From NCBI GenBank assembly GCA_963715335.1, contig CAVQRZ010000032.1, positions 1-43,340 of the forward strand: a stretch of DNA of 43,340 nt, written 5' to 3'. Below the pieces are notes generated by a model that was given only the letters and a program-made list of their open reading frames with translations, did not search any database and was not told the origin of the DNA. The position numbers and the translations under genes are program-made. Every line of letters begins with the position of its first letter. Position 1 is the first letter of the stretch. Shown here piece after piece: positions 27,720 to 37,628 of the stretch. This stretch comes from an uncultured delta proteobacterium (GTDB taxonomy: Bacteria; Desulfobacterota; Desulfuromonadia; Desulfuromonadales; BM103).

Positions 27720-28262
27720 ATGGAGGAAGAAAGCCTGCAGGCGAGTTATGATCTTTTTGGTCTGAGCTACGGGGCCAGCATGGTCGAAGTGGAGAGATCG
27801 TTCTACGAGTTACACAAACTATACGGTGAAGAGTCCCTGGCAACCTACTCTTTGCTGGATGATGCCGACCGGCAGGAGAAACTCGAATCGCTGCGTGAAG
27901 CCTATGAACGGATTCTGCAATCGCATTCCCATCAGACAAAAGCCGAAGGGGACCCTGAGAGAGAAGACGAACCGGCGGCAACTGTGGCGCAGAAAGTAAT
28001 CATTGACGCGGATCCGCAGCAGATGCCCGGATTGTTCCTCCAGCAGTCACGCAAGGCGCTGGGTCTAAGCCTGCAGGATGTGGCGGCACGGACCAAAATC
28101 AGATCATCTTTTCTGCAGAGCATAGAAGAGCAGCGGTTTGATTTTCTTCCGGCCCCCGTTTATCTGCGGGGGTTTTTAAGGGAGTTCGCGCGAATGGTCA
28201 ATGTGCCCGATGCCAATGTTCTGGTTGAGGCTTTTATGGCACAGCACAAAAGCGACAAATAG
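27720..28262 (+). CDS. J-domain-like N-terminus plus RodZ-type HTH protein
   Basis: YDLFGL...EAYERI (no HPD); GLSLQDVAARTKIRSSFLQSIE...LPAPVYLRGFL; ATG 1 nt after the upstream stop. Confidence 0.8.
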   Translation: MEEESLQASYDLFGLSYGASMVEVERSFYELHKLYGEESLATYSLLDDADRQEKLESLREAYERILQSHSHQTKAEGDPEREDEPAATVAQKVIIDADPQQMPGLFLQQSRKALGLSLQDVAARTKIRSSFLQSIEEQRFDFLPAPVYLRGFLREFARMVNVPDANVLVEAFMAQHKSDK

Positions 28263-28271
28263 ATTCAGCCG

Positions 28272-29156
28272 TCAAGTTTTACGCTTCAGCGCCTCGATAC
28301 GCGCTTCAAGTGGCGGGTGGGTCATGAAAAACCGCTTGAACCCCTGCCCTCGGCCACCAGAGATTCCAAAGGCCGCCATTTGGTCGGGCAGGTGCGGTTG
28401 ATCGACGTTGCGGCGCAGTTTTTCAAGTGCCGCAATCATCTTTTCTCGCCCTGCGAGATGGGCACTGCCGGCATCAGCACGGAATTCGCGCTGGCGGCTG
28501 AACCAGAAAACGATGAGGCTGGCGAGGATGCCAAAGACGATCTGGGCGAGGATCGAGGTAATATAAAATGCGGGACCGTGCCCCCTCTCGGTTTTGAATA
28601 CCATGCGATCGATTAAATGACCCACCACCCGCGAAGCAACGATAACGAAAGTATTGACCACCCCTTGGATGAGCGCCAGGGTAATCATGTCACCATTGGC
28701 AACATGACTGACTTCGTGGGCCAATACGGCTTCGGCTTCATCGCGGCTCATGGAGCGAAGCAGTCCTGTACTCACAGCCACAAGAGCATTATTGCGTCGC
28801 ATGCCGGTTGCAAAAGCGTTGACATCAGGAGCGTCATAAATGGCGACCTCGGGCATGCCAATGCCCGCGATCTCGGCCTGTTTTCTTACGGTTTGCACCA
28901 GCCAGGTCTCAACTTCACTGCGGGGCGAAGTGATGACCTGTGCGCCAGTCATACGCTTGGCCGTCCATTTTGAGATGGCCAGTGATATCAGTGACCCACC
29001 AAAGCCGAAGACGGACGCAAAAATCAGTAAATTGTAAAGATCGAGGCCCGCTCCTTGCTCATCGAGAATCCGGTCGACCCCGAACAAGCTCATGACTACG
29101 CCGAGCACGAGCACAATTGCGAGGTTGGTAACAACGAACAGCATGACTCTTTTCAT
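28272..29156 (-). CDS. htpX: Zinc metalloprotease HtpX
   Basis: [30 protein letters not shown]. Confidence 0.96.
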   Translation of the reverse strand: MKRVMLFVVTNLAIVLVLGVVMSLFGVDRILDEQGAGLDLYNLLIFASVFGFGGSLISLAISKWTAKRMTGAQVITSPRSEVETWLVQTVRKQAEIAGIGMPEVAIYDAPDVNAFATGMRRNNALVAVSTGLLRSMSRDEAEAVLAHEVSHVANGDMITLALIQGVVNTFVIVASRVVGHLIDRMVFKTERGHGPAFYITSILAQIVFGILASLIVFWFSRQREFRADAGSAHLAGREKMIAALEKLRRNVDQPHLPDQMAAFGISGGRGQGFKRFFMTHPPLEARIEALKRKT

Positions 29157-29596
29157 GTTTTTCTTTCTCCCTGTGATTTTATGGCAAGACCTATAATATC
29201 AGTAACTTTGCTTTTGCCCTACTAGATGTTAATATCTTGGCGTTAAAAATCAATATCTGTTTATCTATTATTTAGAAGAAAAGGCGATATTGAGGCCTGT
29301 AAGAACGACCATCAATCCAAACAAAAGGGCCATTTGGAAACAGGTGGCCTTTATTATTTGTCAGGGACAATAAAGCAGGAGCGTTCCCTTATTCCTTATG
29401 CCAGCCCATCGCCAGATGAGCCAGTGTCACCAGAATTTTGAAAATCACACCCAGAACGGTTGTCCCTTCCACAGCAGCAAACAAGCCTGCAAGTCCAGGG
29501 AAAGATGATATCCTCTCATTGTAATTGGCGGAGTTAGTGAACGTTGACTCAAAATCGCAGCTTTTAAAAACACTTGTCTCATTAGAGAGGAAAAAC

Positions 29597-31316
29597 GTGG
29601 TTAAAGATCTAAACAAACCGGGTTCAAACGCCGCCGAACTGCGTCGCCAGGCGGAACAGAAACTGCGGGAGAACTCCGCAGAGTTGCCCAATCCACAGGA
29701 CGAGGCAGAGGCGCTGCGACTACTCCACGAATTGCAGGTCCACCAGGTCGAACTGGAGATGCAAAACGCCGAGTTGTGCCGAATTCGGGAAGAGCTCGAG
29801 TTGTCGCGGGACAAGTATGCCGAACTCTATGACTTTGCCCCCGTCGGTTTTTTCTGTCTTGAGCCGTCCGGGCTGATTCGGGAAGTCAATCTGCATGGTG
29901 CGCAATTGCTGGGGGTCGAAAGGCAACGGCTGGTCAACAGACCCTTAAGCGGTTTTGTTGCGGAGGCAGATCAGCGGGAGATTTTGGTCAATCACCTCGC
30001 ATTGGTCTTGCAACAACGGGTCATGTTGAAATGCGAAATCAGCCTCACCAGAAAAGACGGCACTGTGATTTGCGGCAAATTCCAGAGCGTCGCACTTAAT
30101 CACGGCAACCAGGCCGGCATGATCCTGTCCTCCCTCTATGACAACACGGCGCGCCGGCGACTGGAAGAAACTCAGCAAGTTAGCCATGACCAACTGGAGT
30201 CAACCATCGCGCAGCGACACCGAAGAACTGACCAGGGCGAATCGACTGCTTGCGGAGGAAGTCGCCGAACACAAGCGGGCAGAAGAGTCGCTCCAGATCT
30301 CGTATGCGGAAATACAGCGGCTGAAAGACCGTCTCGTTGACGAGAATCTCTACCTGCGACAGGAGGTTTCGAGGGAACAATACAGCGATATCATCGGTCG
30401 TAGCGATGCCCTGACGTATGTGTTCTTCCGGGTCGACCAGGTGGCATCACAACACGTGACGGTTCTGCTCCTTGGCGAGACCGGCACCGGCAAGGGGCTG
30501 GTCGCACGCGCCATCCACAACCGGAGCGCGCGCAGCAAGCAGCCAATGATTACGGTCAACTGTACGTCCTTGCCGGCGAACCTGATCGAGAGCGAACTAT
30601 TCGGTCGTGAAAAGGGCGCATTCACCGGGTCCCACGTCAGACAAATGGGGCGCTTCGAGCTGGCCAATGGCGGCACCATCTTTCTAGACGAAATCGGCGA
30701 GATGCCGACGGACCTGCAATGCAAGCTGCTGAGGGTTATTCAGGACGGCGAGTTCGAGCGTCTGGGCAGTCCCCGTACCACCAAGGTCGATGTCCGGATC
30801 ATCGCGGCCAGCAACCGGAATTTGGAGGAAGAGATCCGTGCCGGTAGGTTCCGGCAAGACTTGTTCTACCGGCTCAATGTCTTCCCCATCACCATCCCGC
30901 CCCTGCGGCAGCGCAGGGATGACATCCCGCTGCTGGTCAATTATTTTGTCGCCAAATTCAACAAGAAATTCGGCAAGAGGATTGTCAGCGTCTCTCCCGA
31001 GACCGTCAGTGCCCTGCAGGCCTATCACTGGCCAGGCAACGTGCGGGAGCTGGAAAATGTGATCGAGCGGGCGGTCATCACCAGCCCGGGTCCCGCGCTC
31101 CAGGTCCTCGACCGGTTCGACACGTTTACAGGGTCTGCGACGCAGGGCGGGGAGGACGTTAAAGCCCTCGCCGAACTGGAGCAGGATCACATCCGTCAGG
31201 TGCTCCAGATTACCGGTTGGCGCATCGAGGGACCCAAGGGTGCAGCGGTTCGCCTTGGGCTCAACCCCAGCACGTTGCGCGCGCGAATGCGGAAATACGA
31301 CATCCGCCGGCAATAA
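29597..31316 (+). pseudogene. PAS + sigma54-dependent activator (FhlA/HyfR-like) split by a one-base insertion at about 30217-30218
   Basis: First frame: LHELQVHQVELEMQNAEL and PAS (LYDFAPVG). Second frame: GETGTGKG, ESELFG, GAFTGS, WPGNVREL, HTH. Removing one base restores STIAQR-TEELTRAN. Could be a sequencing error. Confidence 0.8.
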
Positions 31317-31358
31317 ACGCAACAGAGTAAATAGCCTGACGTCTTCTTTTGCTTGATT

Positions 31359-31502
31359 TGTCATATGTGACGGTTCTGTTGAATATGACGGAAGGCGCCG
31401 ACAGCTTCTCCTTCTGATTTCCCGGACTCCTTCCATTTTACCGTTTCTAATCAGCTGGTTGCAAACGCGGCACAAGCAATTCTTTGTCGGCACGCTCTTT
31501 GC
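31359..31502 (+). promoter_or_regulatory. Sigma54 promoter 1 with tandem enhancer (31359-31390) and IHF site (31449-31461)
   Basis: GG-cacgctcttt-GC at 31489-31502; AATCAGCTGGTTG; TGTCATATGTGACG-gttc-TGTTGAATATGACG. Confidence 0.85.
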
Positions 31503-31616
31503 GATTTAGCTTCTTGACTGAAAACGATTGCGGTGGAGTTTCAGCGAACCTGAGGTGCGTCAGTTCTCAACCAATCTCAAATGAAAATTATCCGTCACCG
31601 CGGACTGGTGTTAACC

Positions 31617-31796
31617 ATGAAATCGAGCAGCAGGGACAAGGTGGACGGAGCGCTTCACAAGGTCAAGGGCAAGGTCAAGGAAGTGGCCGGGAAAATCACC
31701 GATAACCCCAAACTGACGGTTGAAGGCAAAACCGAGCAAGTAACCGGTCAAGTTCAAGGTAAGGTCGGTGAAATCAAGAAGGTTTTTGGTAAGTAG
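31617..31796 (+). CDS. csbD: CsbD family stress protein, 59 aa
   Basis: KVKGKVKEVAGKITDNPKLTVEGKTEQVTGQVQGKVG. Confidence 0.92.
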   Translation: MKSSSRDKVDGALHKVKGKVKEVAGKITDNPKLTVEGKTEQVTGQVQGKVGEIKKVFGK

Positions 31797-31859
31797 TGCG
31801 AATGCCCTGTGCGCCAGAGGACACAGGGAGGGAAAATGCCGTGGATTAAGGAGTACTCT

Positions 31860-31925
31860 ATGGGGCTTGTCATTGGTGTTTTAGTTGTCGTTATCCTCGT
31901 TGTTCTCATTATGAGAATAACATAG
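31860..31925 (+). CDS. 21-aa hydrophobic micropeptide A (MGLVIGVLVVVILVVLIMRIT)
   Basis: AAGGAG RBS 6 nt before ATG; paralog immediately downstream; in-frame ATG at 31836 is an alternative start. Confidence 0.72.
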   Translation: MGLVIGVLVVVILVVLIMRIT

Positions 31926-31962
31926 CCGTATGGCACATGGTCTACAAGGAAAGGAGAGTGTT

Positions 31963-32028
31963 ATGGGATTATTGATTGCGGTTCTGGTTGTCGTTATTCT
32001 TGTCATTGTCATAATGAGATTAACTTAG
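31963..32028 (+). CDS. 21-aa hydrophobic micropeptide B (MGLLIAVLVVVILVIVIMRLT)
   Basis: AAAGGAG RBS; 16/21 identical to peptide A with many synonymous changes. Confidence 0.75.
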   Translation: MGLLIAVLVVVILVIVIMRLT

Positions 32029-32243
32029 CCTGGAAGCTCCTCCCCGATAATATTGGTGAGGCTGTCGAAATCAAAGCTTTTCTCGCAGCCCGAATGTGGG
32101 ACGCTTCATCTGAAGGGTGACAACGTTCGACTTCAGCTTGCATTCGGTCGCGGGCTCAGGGGCAGCGTCCCGACTTTTTTCTCTGTGGAACTTGCTCGTG
32201 ATGGCTAGAGGTTCATAACATATTCACCCATGCGGCTGCGTTT

Positions 32244-32927
32244 ATGCAAATTGAAGTCCATGATTTGACCAAGCTCTACGGTCCTAAAAGAGGCCTTCTG
32301 CCAATCAGCTTTGAAGTACAACAAGGCGAACTGATCGCAGTTGTCGGTCACAATGGTGCCGGAAAATCCACTCTATTGAAAATCCTGGCCAACTGGATTC
32401 TTCCGGACAGTGGCCAAGCCGTGATTGACGGGATCGATCTGAAAAACCGGACAGCTGTCGTTAAAAAAGTCGGTTTTGTTCCAGAAGCACCTAATCTGTT
32501 TGACTTTTTTACCGTTGAATATAACCTCAAACTGTTCGCCTCTCTCTTTCAGGTCTCCTTTCTGCGGGTGGATGAAGTCTTGAGAGAGTTTAATTTGCTG
32601 CCCTTTCGACAAAACAAAATACAGGTGCTGTCAAAAGGCCTGAAGCAACGAGTGAACATCGGGCGTGCCCTGCTGGCAGATCCTCCGGTGCTGCTTCTTG
32701 ACGAGCCGACATCGGGTCTGGATTTCGAGATGACTAAAGAACTCTACCGGCTGTTGAAAACTATTCATAACGCCGGAAGAACGATATTTTTCACCTCCCA
32801 TCGGCCTGAGGAGGTAAAAACCCTGGCGACACGCATCATGGTTCTGCACGAGGGCAGATTGATTTTCGATGGCTCTCCACCGGAATATTTTCAATCAGAC
32901 GTTCATGAAAGCCTGTACGCGATATGA
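32244..32927 (+). CDS. ABC-2-type transporter ATP-binding protein
   Basis: GHNGAGKST, LSKGLKQR, LLLDEPTSGLD, TSH. Confidence 0.92.
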   Translation: MQIEVHDLTKLYGPKRGLLPISFEVQQGELIAVVGHNGAGKSTLLKILANWILPDSGQAVIDGIDLKNRTAVVKKVGFVPEAPNLFDFFTVEYNLKLFASLFQVSFLRVDEVLREFNLLPFRQNKIQVLSKGLKQRVNIGRALLADPPVLLLDEPTSGLDFEMTKELYRLLKTIHNAGRTIFFTSHRPEEVKTLATRIMVLHEGRLIFDGSPPEYFQSDVHESLYAI

Positions 32928-33955
32928 TAAGGACTCTCCTGATCCTTGTATTGAATGACCTGGCTATAGCCATAAAAAATAGAACCGTTTTCCTGATACT
33001 ATTTATCCCTTTCTTTGTTTTCATCTCCTTGGCTTTTATCGACCGCCCCGACGTGGATGCAGAGACGGTAAGGATCGGCTTCATCCGCAATGACACCTAT
33101 GCGCCAGTTATCATGCAGAGCGTCACGGCTGCCGAAAAAATTATCACTGTGACATGGGTTCAGAATGAAAATGACGGTAAACAGCTTTTAAAGGAGAAAA
33201 AAATAGACGGGGTTTTGCTTGGGCATAAAAACGAACCCGGAAGGCTCTCCCTTATTGTTCTAAAAAGTGAGTCATTCAAGACACTTGCCATCATAGAAAG
33301 TTTTTCGGCTTTGCAGAAAGCGGCGGAAGGCGGCCGGGAAAACTGGATCACTGGCATTGAACCCCTTTACGCTGGCGACATCCAAAAACAGACTTTGCCG
33401 ACCTGGATCTTGATGATCGTTCTGCTCGTTGGTTTCATAATTCTTCCGGCTCAAATTGCCGAGGAAAAAGAAAAGAAGCTGCTTCTGGCGCTTCTGCAGA
33501 CGCCCGTAAGCGAGGCTCAATGGTTGATTGCCAAAGTGCTGACCGGAATGATCTTGATTGTTATTGCTGTGTCGATTCTACATCTCCTGGGTGGCTTCGG
33601 CGTGGTAAACCTCCTCGACTATGTCGCATTCATTGTCGCCGGCGGTTTCTGCTTCAGCGCCTTCGGGATTTTTCTGGGTTTTCTCTGCCAAACGCAGGCA
33701 AGCGCACGCACTCTGGGGGTTGTTGTTTATCTGCCGCACCTGCTGCCTTCCGCCCTGTCCGATTTTTCCCAACAATTGACCGTCGTTGCACCGTTGCTGC
33801 CGTCCTACCAGTTTTATCAGCCGCTTAAATCCATTCTGCTGGAAGATGGCCAGATAGCGACCATGCCTTTCGAATGGGCTTATTTGATACTCGTGGGTTC
33901 GCTCACCTTCTACCTCTCCCATGTCTTGATGAAAAGACGCTGGTTGATGAAGTGA
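32924..33955 (+). CDS. ABC-2-type transporter permease
   Basis: One N-terminal TM, extracytoplasmic loop, five further TMs; EEKEKK...LLQTPV...IAK; ATGA overlap. Confidence 0.88.
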   Translation: MIRTLLILVLNDLAIAIKNRTVFLILFIPFFVFISLAFIDRPDVDAETVRIGFIRNDTYAPVIMQSVTAAEKIITVTWVQNENDGKQLLKEKKIDGVLLGHKNEPGRLSLIVLKSESFKTLAIIESFSALQKAAEGGRENWITGIEPLYAGDIQKQTLPTWILMIVLLVGFIILPAQIAEEKEKKLLLALLQTPVSEAQWLIAKVLTGMILIVIAVSILHLLGGFGVVNLLDYVAFIVAGGFCFSAFGIFLGFLCQTQASARTLGVVVYLPHLLPSALSDFSQQLTVVAPLLPSYQFYQPLKSILLEDGQIATMPFEWAYLILVGSLTFYLSHVLMKRRWLMK

Positions 33956-34299
33956 GAACATCAGTCAGGACGGCCGGGATGAGCTTGTTTATGTCATCGT
34001 CGACGGAGCAGCCAGGCATCCGCTCGACGCCGACATTGAAGATCTGGATAATCCCTCGGCATCCGTGACGTACTGGAGTTGGCACTGTTGAAAACTGCTC
34101 TCTGCAACACCCTCACCCTGGGCAGGTGCTTCAGGACTAATCTCGCCGGTAGGATTTTTTTGTAGTTAAAAACAAATAAAGCTGAGACAAACTTTGGTGC
34201 GTTCATGGTGGTACTAATAGGGTCGTTGAATGTCAGATTGAATAAATATTTGCAATCTCCCTGCCTCCACATGAAGCAAGACAAGAGGTTTTTAATAGT

Positions 34300-35595
34300 A
34301 TGGTTATGAATAATGCTGTGTGGTTTCTGTTCGTTGGTGGCCTGCTGCTCACCATGGGACTAACCGCTCCGGCAATTAAACGGTTGCCTGTTACCTCGGC
34401 AATTATCTATCTGGCCTTGGGAATCCTGGTAGGCCCAACTGTGCTGGGTTTTTTCCATTTCAACCCGCTCAAGGAATCGGCGCTGCTGGAGGTCTTGACC
34501 GAGGTAGCGGTGCTGATTTCACTGTTTGCCGCCGGCGTTAAAATGCCGGTTCCCGTGACCTTTGCGCGCTGGCGCGCGCCGATTCTGCTGGCGTTTTTCG
34601 CCATGGCAACCACAGTGGCACTGGTCACCATTTTTGGCCATTATCTACTCGGTTTACCCATCGGTGCCGCTGTACTGCTCGGTGCCATTATCGCCCCAAC
34701 CGACCCGGTACTGGCCACTGAAGTGCAGATTCGCCATCCGGGCGATCGCGATCGGCTACGGTTTACCTTAACCTGTGAAGCGGGCATGAACGACGGCAGC
34801 GCTTTTCCGTTCGTCATGCTCGGTCTGGGCCTGCTCGGCTTGCACGAGCTGGGTGAGTTTGGTCAGCGTTGGATCCTGGTTGATGTCCTCTGGGCTACGA
34901 TCGCGGGGATTGCCATCGGCGTGGCGGCGGGAAGCGGGCTTGCGCACCTGGTAGTACGCTTGCGCCGCAACCACTCGAATGACGGTCTGCTTGACGATTT
35001 CCTGAGCATGGGGCTGATCGGTGCGGTCTACGGCTTGAGTCTGTTGTGTCACGCCTGGGGCTTTCTGGCCGTATTTTTTGCCGCCGTGGCGCTACGCCAA
35101 ACCGAACTAAGGCTCGCCGGCGGTGCCCCGAAGCTCCGGGCACAGTTGCAAACAGACACGCCGGGTACGCATGATGATGTGACGACGTCACAACATATCA
35201 GCAAAGCCTCCCTGGTATTCAAGGAACATCACGAACGAGTGGCAGAACTCATTCTGGTTCTGCTGATTGGAGGGACGTTATTCCTGGACTCCTGGAGCTG
35301 GCGCGCCGTGGGTTTCGCACTATTTCTATTCACCATTGCGCGGCCATTGAGTGTTTTGACCGCGCTGATTGGTACCCGCACACCGTTGCGGATACGCAAA
35401 ATGACCAGTTGGTTCGGGGTCCGCGGTATTGGTTCGCTCTATTATCTCATGTACGCTATACAGCACGGCCTTCCGGAAGAACTGACCATAGAACTGATTC
35501 ACCTGACACTGGTGGTGGTTACGCTTTCCATTGTCGTTCACGGCCTCAGTATAAAACCGATGATGCATCGTTTCCGGCGACTGCATGGGGGCTAG
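34300..35595 (+). CDS. CPA1 (NhaP-type) cation:proton antiporter
   Basis: APTDPVLA, EAGMNDG, WFGVRGIGSLYY; many TMs; start 34300 or 34306. Confidence 0.9.
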   Translation: MVMNNAVWFLFVGGLLLTMGLTAPAIKRLPVTSAIIYLALGILVGPTVLGFFHFNPLKESALLEVLTEVAVLISLFAAGVKMPVPVTFARWRAPILLAFFAMATTVALVTIFGHYLLGLPIGAAVLLGAIIAPTDPVLATEVQIRHPGDRDRLRFTLTCEAGMNDGSAFPFVMLGLGLLGLHELGEFGQRWILVDVLWATIAGIAIGVAAGSGLAHLVVRLRRNHSNDGLLDDFLSMGLIGAVYGLSLLCHAWGFLAVFFAAVALRQTELRLAGGAPKLRAQLQTDTPGTHDDVTTSQHISKASLVFKEHHERVAELILVLLIGGTLFLDSWSWRAVGFALFLFTIARPLSVLTALIGTRTPLRIRKMTSWFGVRGIGSLYYLMYAIQHGLPEELTIELIHLTLVVVTLSIVVHGLSIKPMMHRFRRLHGG

Positions 35596-35699
35596 AGAAA
35601 AAACAGAGACCCGGGTAGTGCCGGGGTTGGCCCAGGCTAAAGACGCTGGCTGATGAAGCGAGGGCAACAGCAAGACTTACAGGTTTTTCTCAACGCATT

Positions 35700-35842
35700 T
35701 GTCGCATCTGGCAGTTCCGTCGGATATGACGGATACCTCTGACGACTTTCCCTGCCATGTTCTTACCCACTTTTTATTTTCTTAGCAATCTCAGCATCTT
35801 GAGACAGTAGTATCGGCAAACCTTCGCTGGCACGCTCGTTGC
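35700..35842 (+). promoter_or_regulatory. Sigma54 promoter 2 with tandem enhancer (35700-35731) and IHF-like site (35789-35801)
   Basis: tGG-cacgctcgtt-GC at 35829-35842; TCTCAGCATCTTG; TGTCGCATCTGGCA-gttc-CGTCGGATATGACG. Confidence 0.85.
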
Positions 35843-36042
35843 GACATATCATTACTAGAAACGCCTGTCTTTGACCGTTCCTGCACCAAAAAGCCGTCGT
35901 GCGGCGGTGGTCTTTTTATGGAACGGCAATAAGCGTTCACGGCGATATGGCAATGTACGGCCGAAGAGAAAAATGGCTTCGCCCGACGATAGCTCAAGAA
36001 TCATCAATCAATGCAGCATAACTTTCAGGAAGGCAGGATGAT

Positions 36043-36258
36043 ATGAAACACACAGCGGTCACTATTATGATTCTCGCATTGGCTCTTTCCTTCGGTTGCA
36101 CGGGGATGTCCTCAAAACAGCAATCAACAGTGAGCGGGGCGGGCATCGGCGCCGTCGGCGGCGGGGTGCTCGGCGCAGTGACTGGAGGGAGCCCGGTGAC
36201 TGGCGCTGTTATCGGCGCCGGCGTTGGCGGGGCGGCAGGATACCTCCTTGAGGATTAA
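36043..36258 (+). CDS. Glycine-zipper lipoprotein (OsmB-like)
   Basis: Lipobox SFGC; GAGIGAVGGGVLG and GAVIGAGVGGAAG; AGGAG RBS. Confidence 0.85.
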   Translation: MKHTAVTIMILALALSFGCTGMSSKQQSTVSGAGIGAVGGGVLGAVTGGSPVTGAVIGAGVGGAAGYLLED

Positions 36259-36327
36259 GCCGTCCACCTGATCTGCCACATTTAGCATTACTGCTGAATG
36301 TGGCGGGTTGTGCAGACGGCATTTTTT
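36259..36327 (+). terminator. Long imperfect hairpin with T tract (probable terminator)
   Basis: GCCGTC...GCCACATTTAGCA-ttac-TGCTGAATGTGGC...GACGGC-ATTTTTT. Confidence 0.55.
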
Positions 36328-36528
36328 CCCTGTAGGGTTTGCGCTTTCCGGTTTCCCCCGTACTTCTAGCCACTTGCGGTTACAACATTCAACAGCTACA
36401 GCCGGCAAGTTAATTGCACTCTACAATTAAGGGAGAACTCGACGACAACCCACACCTGGACGCTGCAGGGCATAAGGCTTCTGTGGAAAGGTGTGGGAAC
36501 TTAGTTACAGGAAGAAGGAACAGAAGTT

Positions 36529-37299
36529 ATGACCGCAAAAATATCACAAAGAATTATCTATGCCGTGCCAGTTGTTATCGCAGCGTTGACGTTGCTCACC
36601 TTCAGCCCGTCTGTGCAGGCGGCAAGTACTGACAGCAACATCGAATCAGCGGCCAAGAAGTCGCACGTATTCACCAGCTATCTCAAGGACGATGATATCA
36701 AGGTTGACGCCAAAGACGGTAAAGTCACCCTGACGGGGAGCGTCGCCACGGAAAACCACAAGACCATGGCCGGGGAGACCGTTTCGAACCTCTCCGACGT
36801 CAAGAGTGTCGACAACCAGCTGGCAATAAAGGGGGAACAACCCTCCAAGATGAGTGATGCGTGGCTTCTGACCAAAGTGAAAACCACCCTCTTATTTCAC
36901 CGCAGCGTAAGCATCTCCACCAAGGTCGACGTGAAAGACGGCATCGTGACTCTGGGTGGTGCTGCCGACAATCAGGCCCAGAAAGAATTGACCACGGAAT
37001 ACGCTGCGGATATTGACGGGGTCAAAGACGTCAGGAATGAAATGACCGTGGCAACAGCCAGCAAAGTGGCGCAAACAGTCGGCGATAAGATCGACGACGC
37101 CTCCATCACCACCATGGTCAAAATGACATTGCTCGGCCATCGCTCGACCAGTGCCTTTAAAACCTCGGTCACGACCAAGGATGGTGTGGTCACTTTGTCT
37201 GGCAAAGCCGACAACGCAGCCGAAATCGCCTTGGCAGGCAAACTCGCCAACGACGTCAACGGCGTACAGTCGGTGCAGAACAACATGACTGTCATCTAA
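36529..37299 (+). CDS. Periplasmic protein with three BON domains (OsmY-like)
   Basis: Signal peptide ending VQA; three V-x3-DGxVTLxG...VxxVxN repeats. Confidence 0.92.
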   Translation: MTAKISQRIIYAVPVVIAALTLLTFSPSVQAASTDSNIESAAKKSHVFTSYLKDDDIKVDAKDGKVTLTGSVATENHKTMAGETVSNLSDVKSVDNQLAIKGEQPSKMSDAWLLTKVKTTLLFHRSVSISTKVDVKDGIVTLGGAADNQAQKELTTEYAADIDGVKDVRNEMTVATASKVAQTVGDKIDDASITTMVKMTLLGHRSTSAFKTSVTTKDGVVTLSGKADNAAEIALAGKLANDVNGVQSVQNNMTVI

Positions 37300-37322
37300 T
37301 TCACGCGTCTTAACCCTAGGAA

Positions 37323-37350
37323 TCAGCAGACCCGTAAGTGGGTCTGCTGA
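37323..37350. other. Stem-loop after the BON gene (no T tract)
   Basis: TCAGCAGACCC-gtaagt-GGGTCTGCTGA. Confidence 0.55.
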
Positions 37351-37404
37351 GCTTCCAGCGCAGCCGGCGAGGCTGCGTATCCAAAGCTTGTGAGGAGGTA
37401 CAAA

Positions 37405-37558
37405 ATGAAACCTTATTCGCTAATCGGCATCATTCTGATTGTGGTCGCCGTCGCAGCTTTTGCCTACCAGGGGATCAGCTACACGACCGATCAAGCATAA
37501 GGAGATAGTCAACATTTCAGTGTGGGTCGGCGTGGTGGCCATCATTGCTGGCAAGTAA
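37405..37558 (+). pseudogene. Deleted/frameshifted DUF3185-like small membrane protein
   Basis: GAGGAGG RBS; MKPYSLIGIILIVVAVAAFAYQGISYTT stops at 37500; another frame continues KEIVNISVWVGVVAIIAGK; the middle segment and end of the second TM are missing. Confidence 0.6.
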
Positions 37559-37628
37559 ATCTTAATGATAACCTGAATCATTGACTTCAGCTTGACAGCC
37601 GGAGGGTCCGGCCGACGGCGACCCGACC

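Noticed and set aside
29389..29520. Hydrophobic minus-strand tail (PGLAGLFAAVEGTTVLGVIFKILVTLAHLAMGWHKE) as a gene remnant
   Set aside because: No plausible start or RBS and no family recognised
33956..34085. Coding-looking fragment after the ABC permease
   Set aside because: No RBS or identifiable homology; cannot be supported without a search
35885..35920. Short hairpin plus T run in the leader after sigma54 promoter 2 as an attenuator
   Set aside because: Stem of only about 5 bp, separated from the T tract
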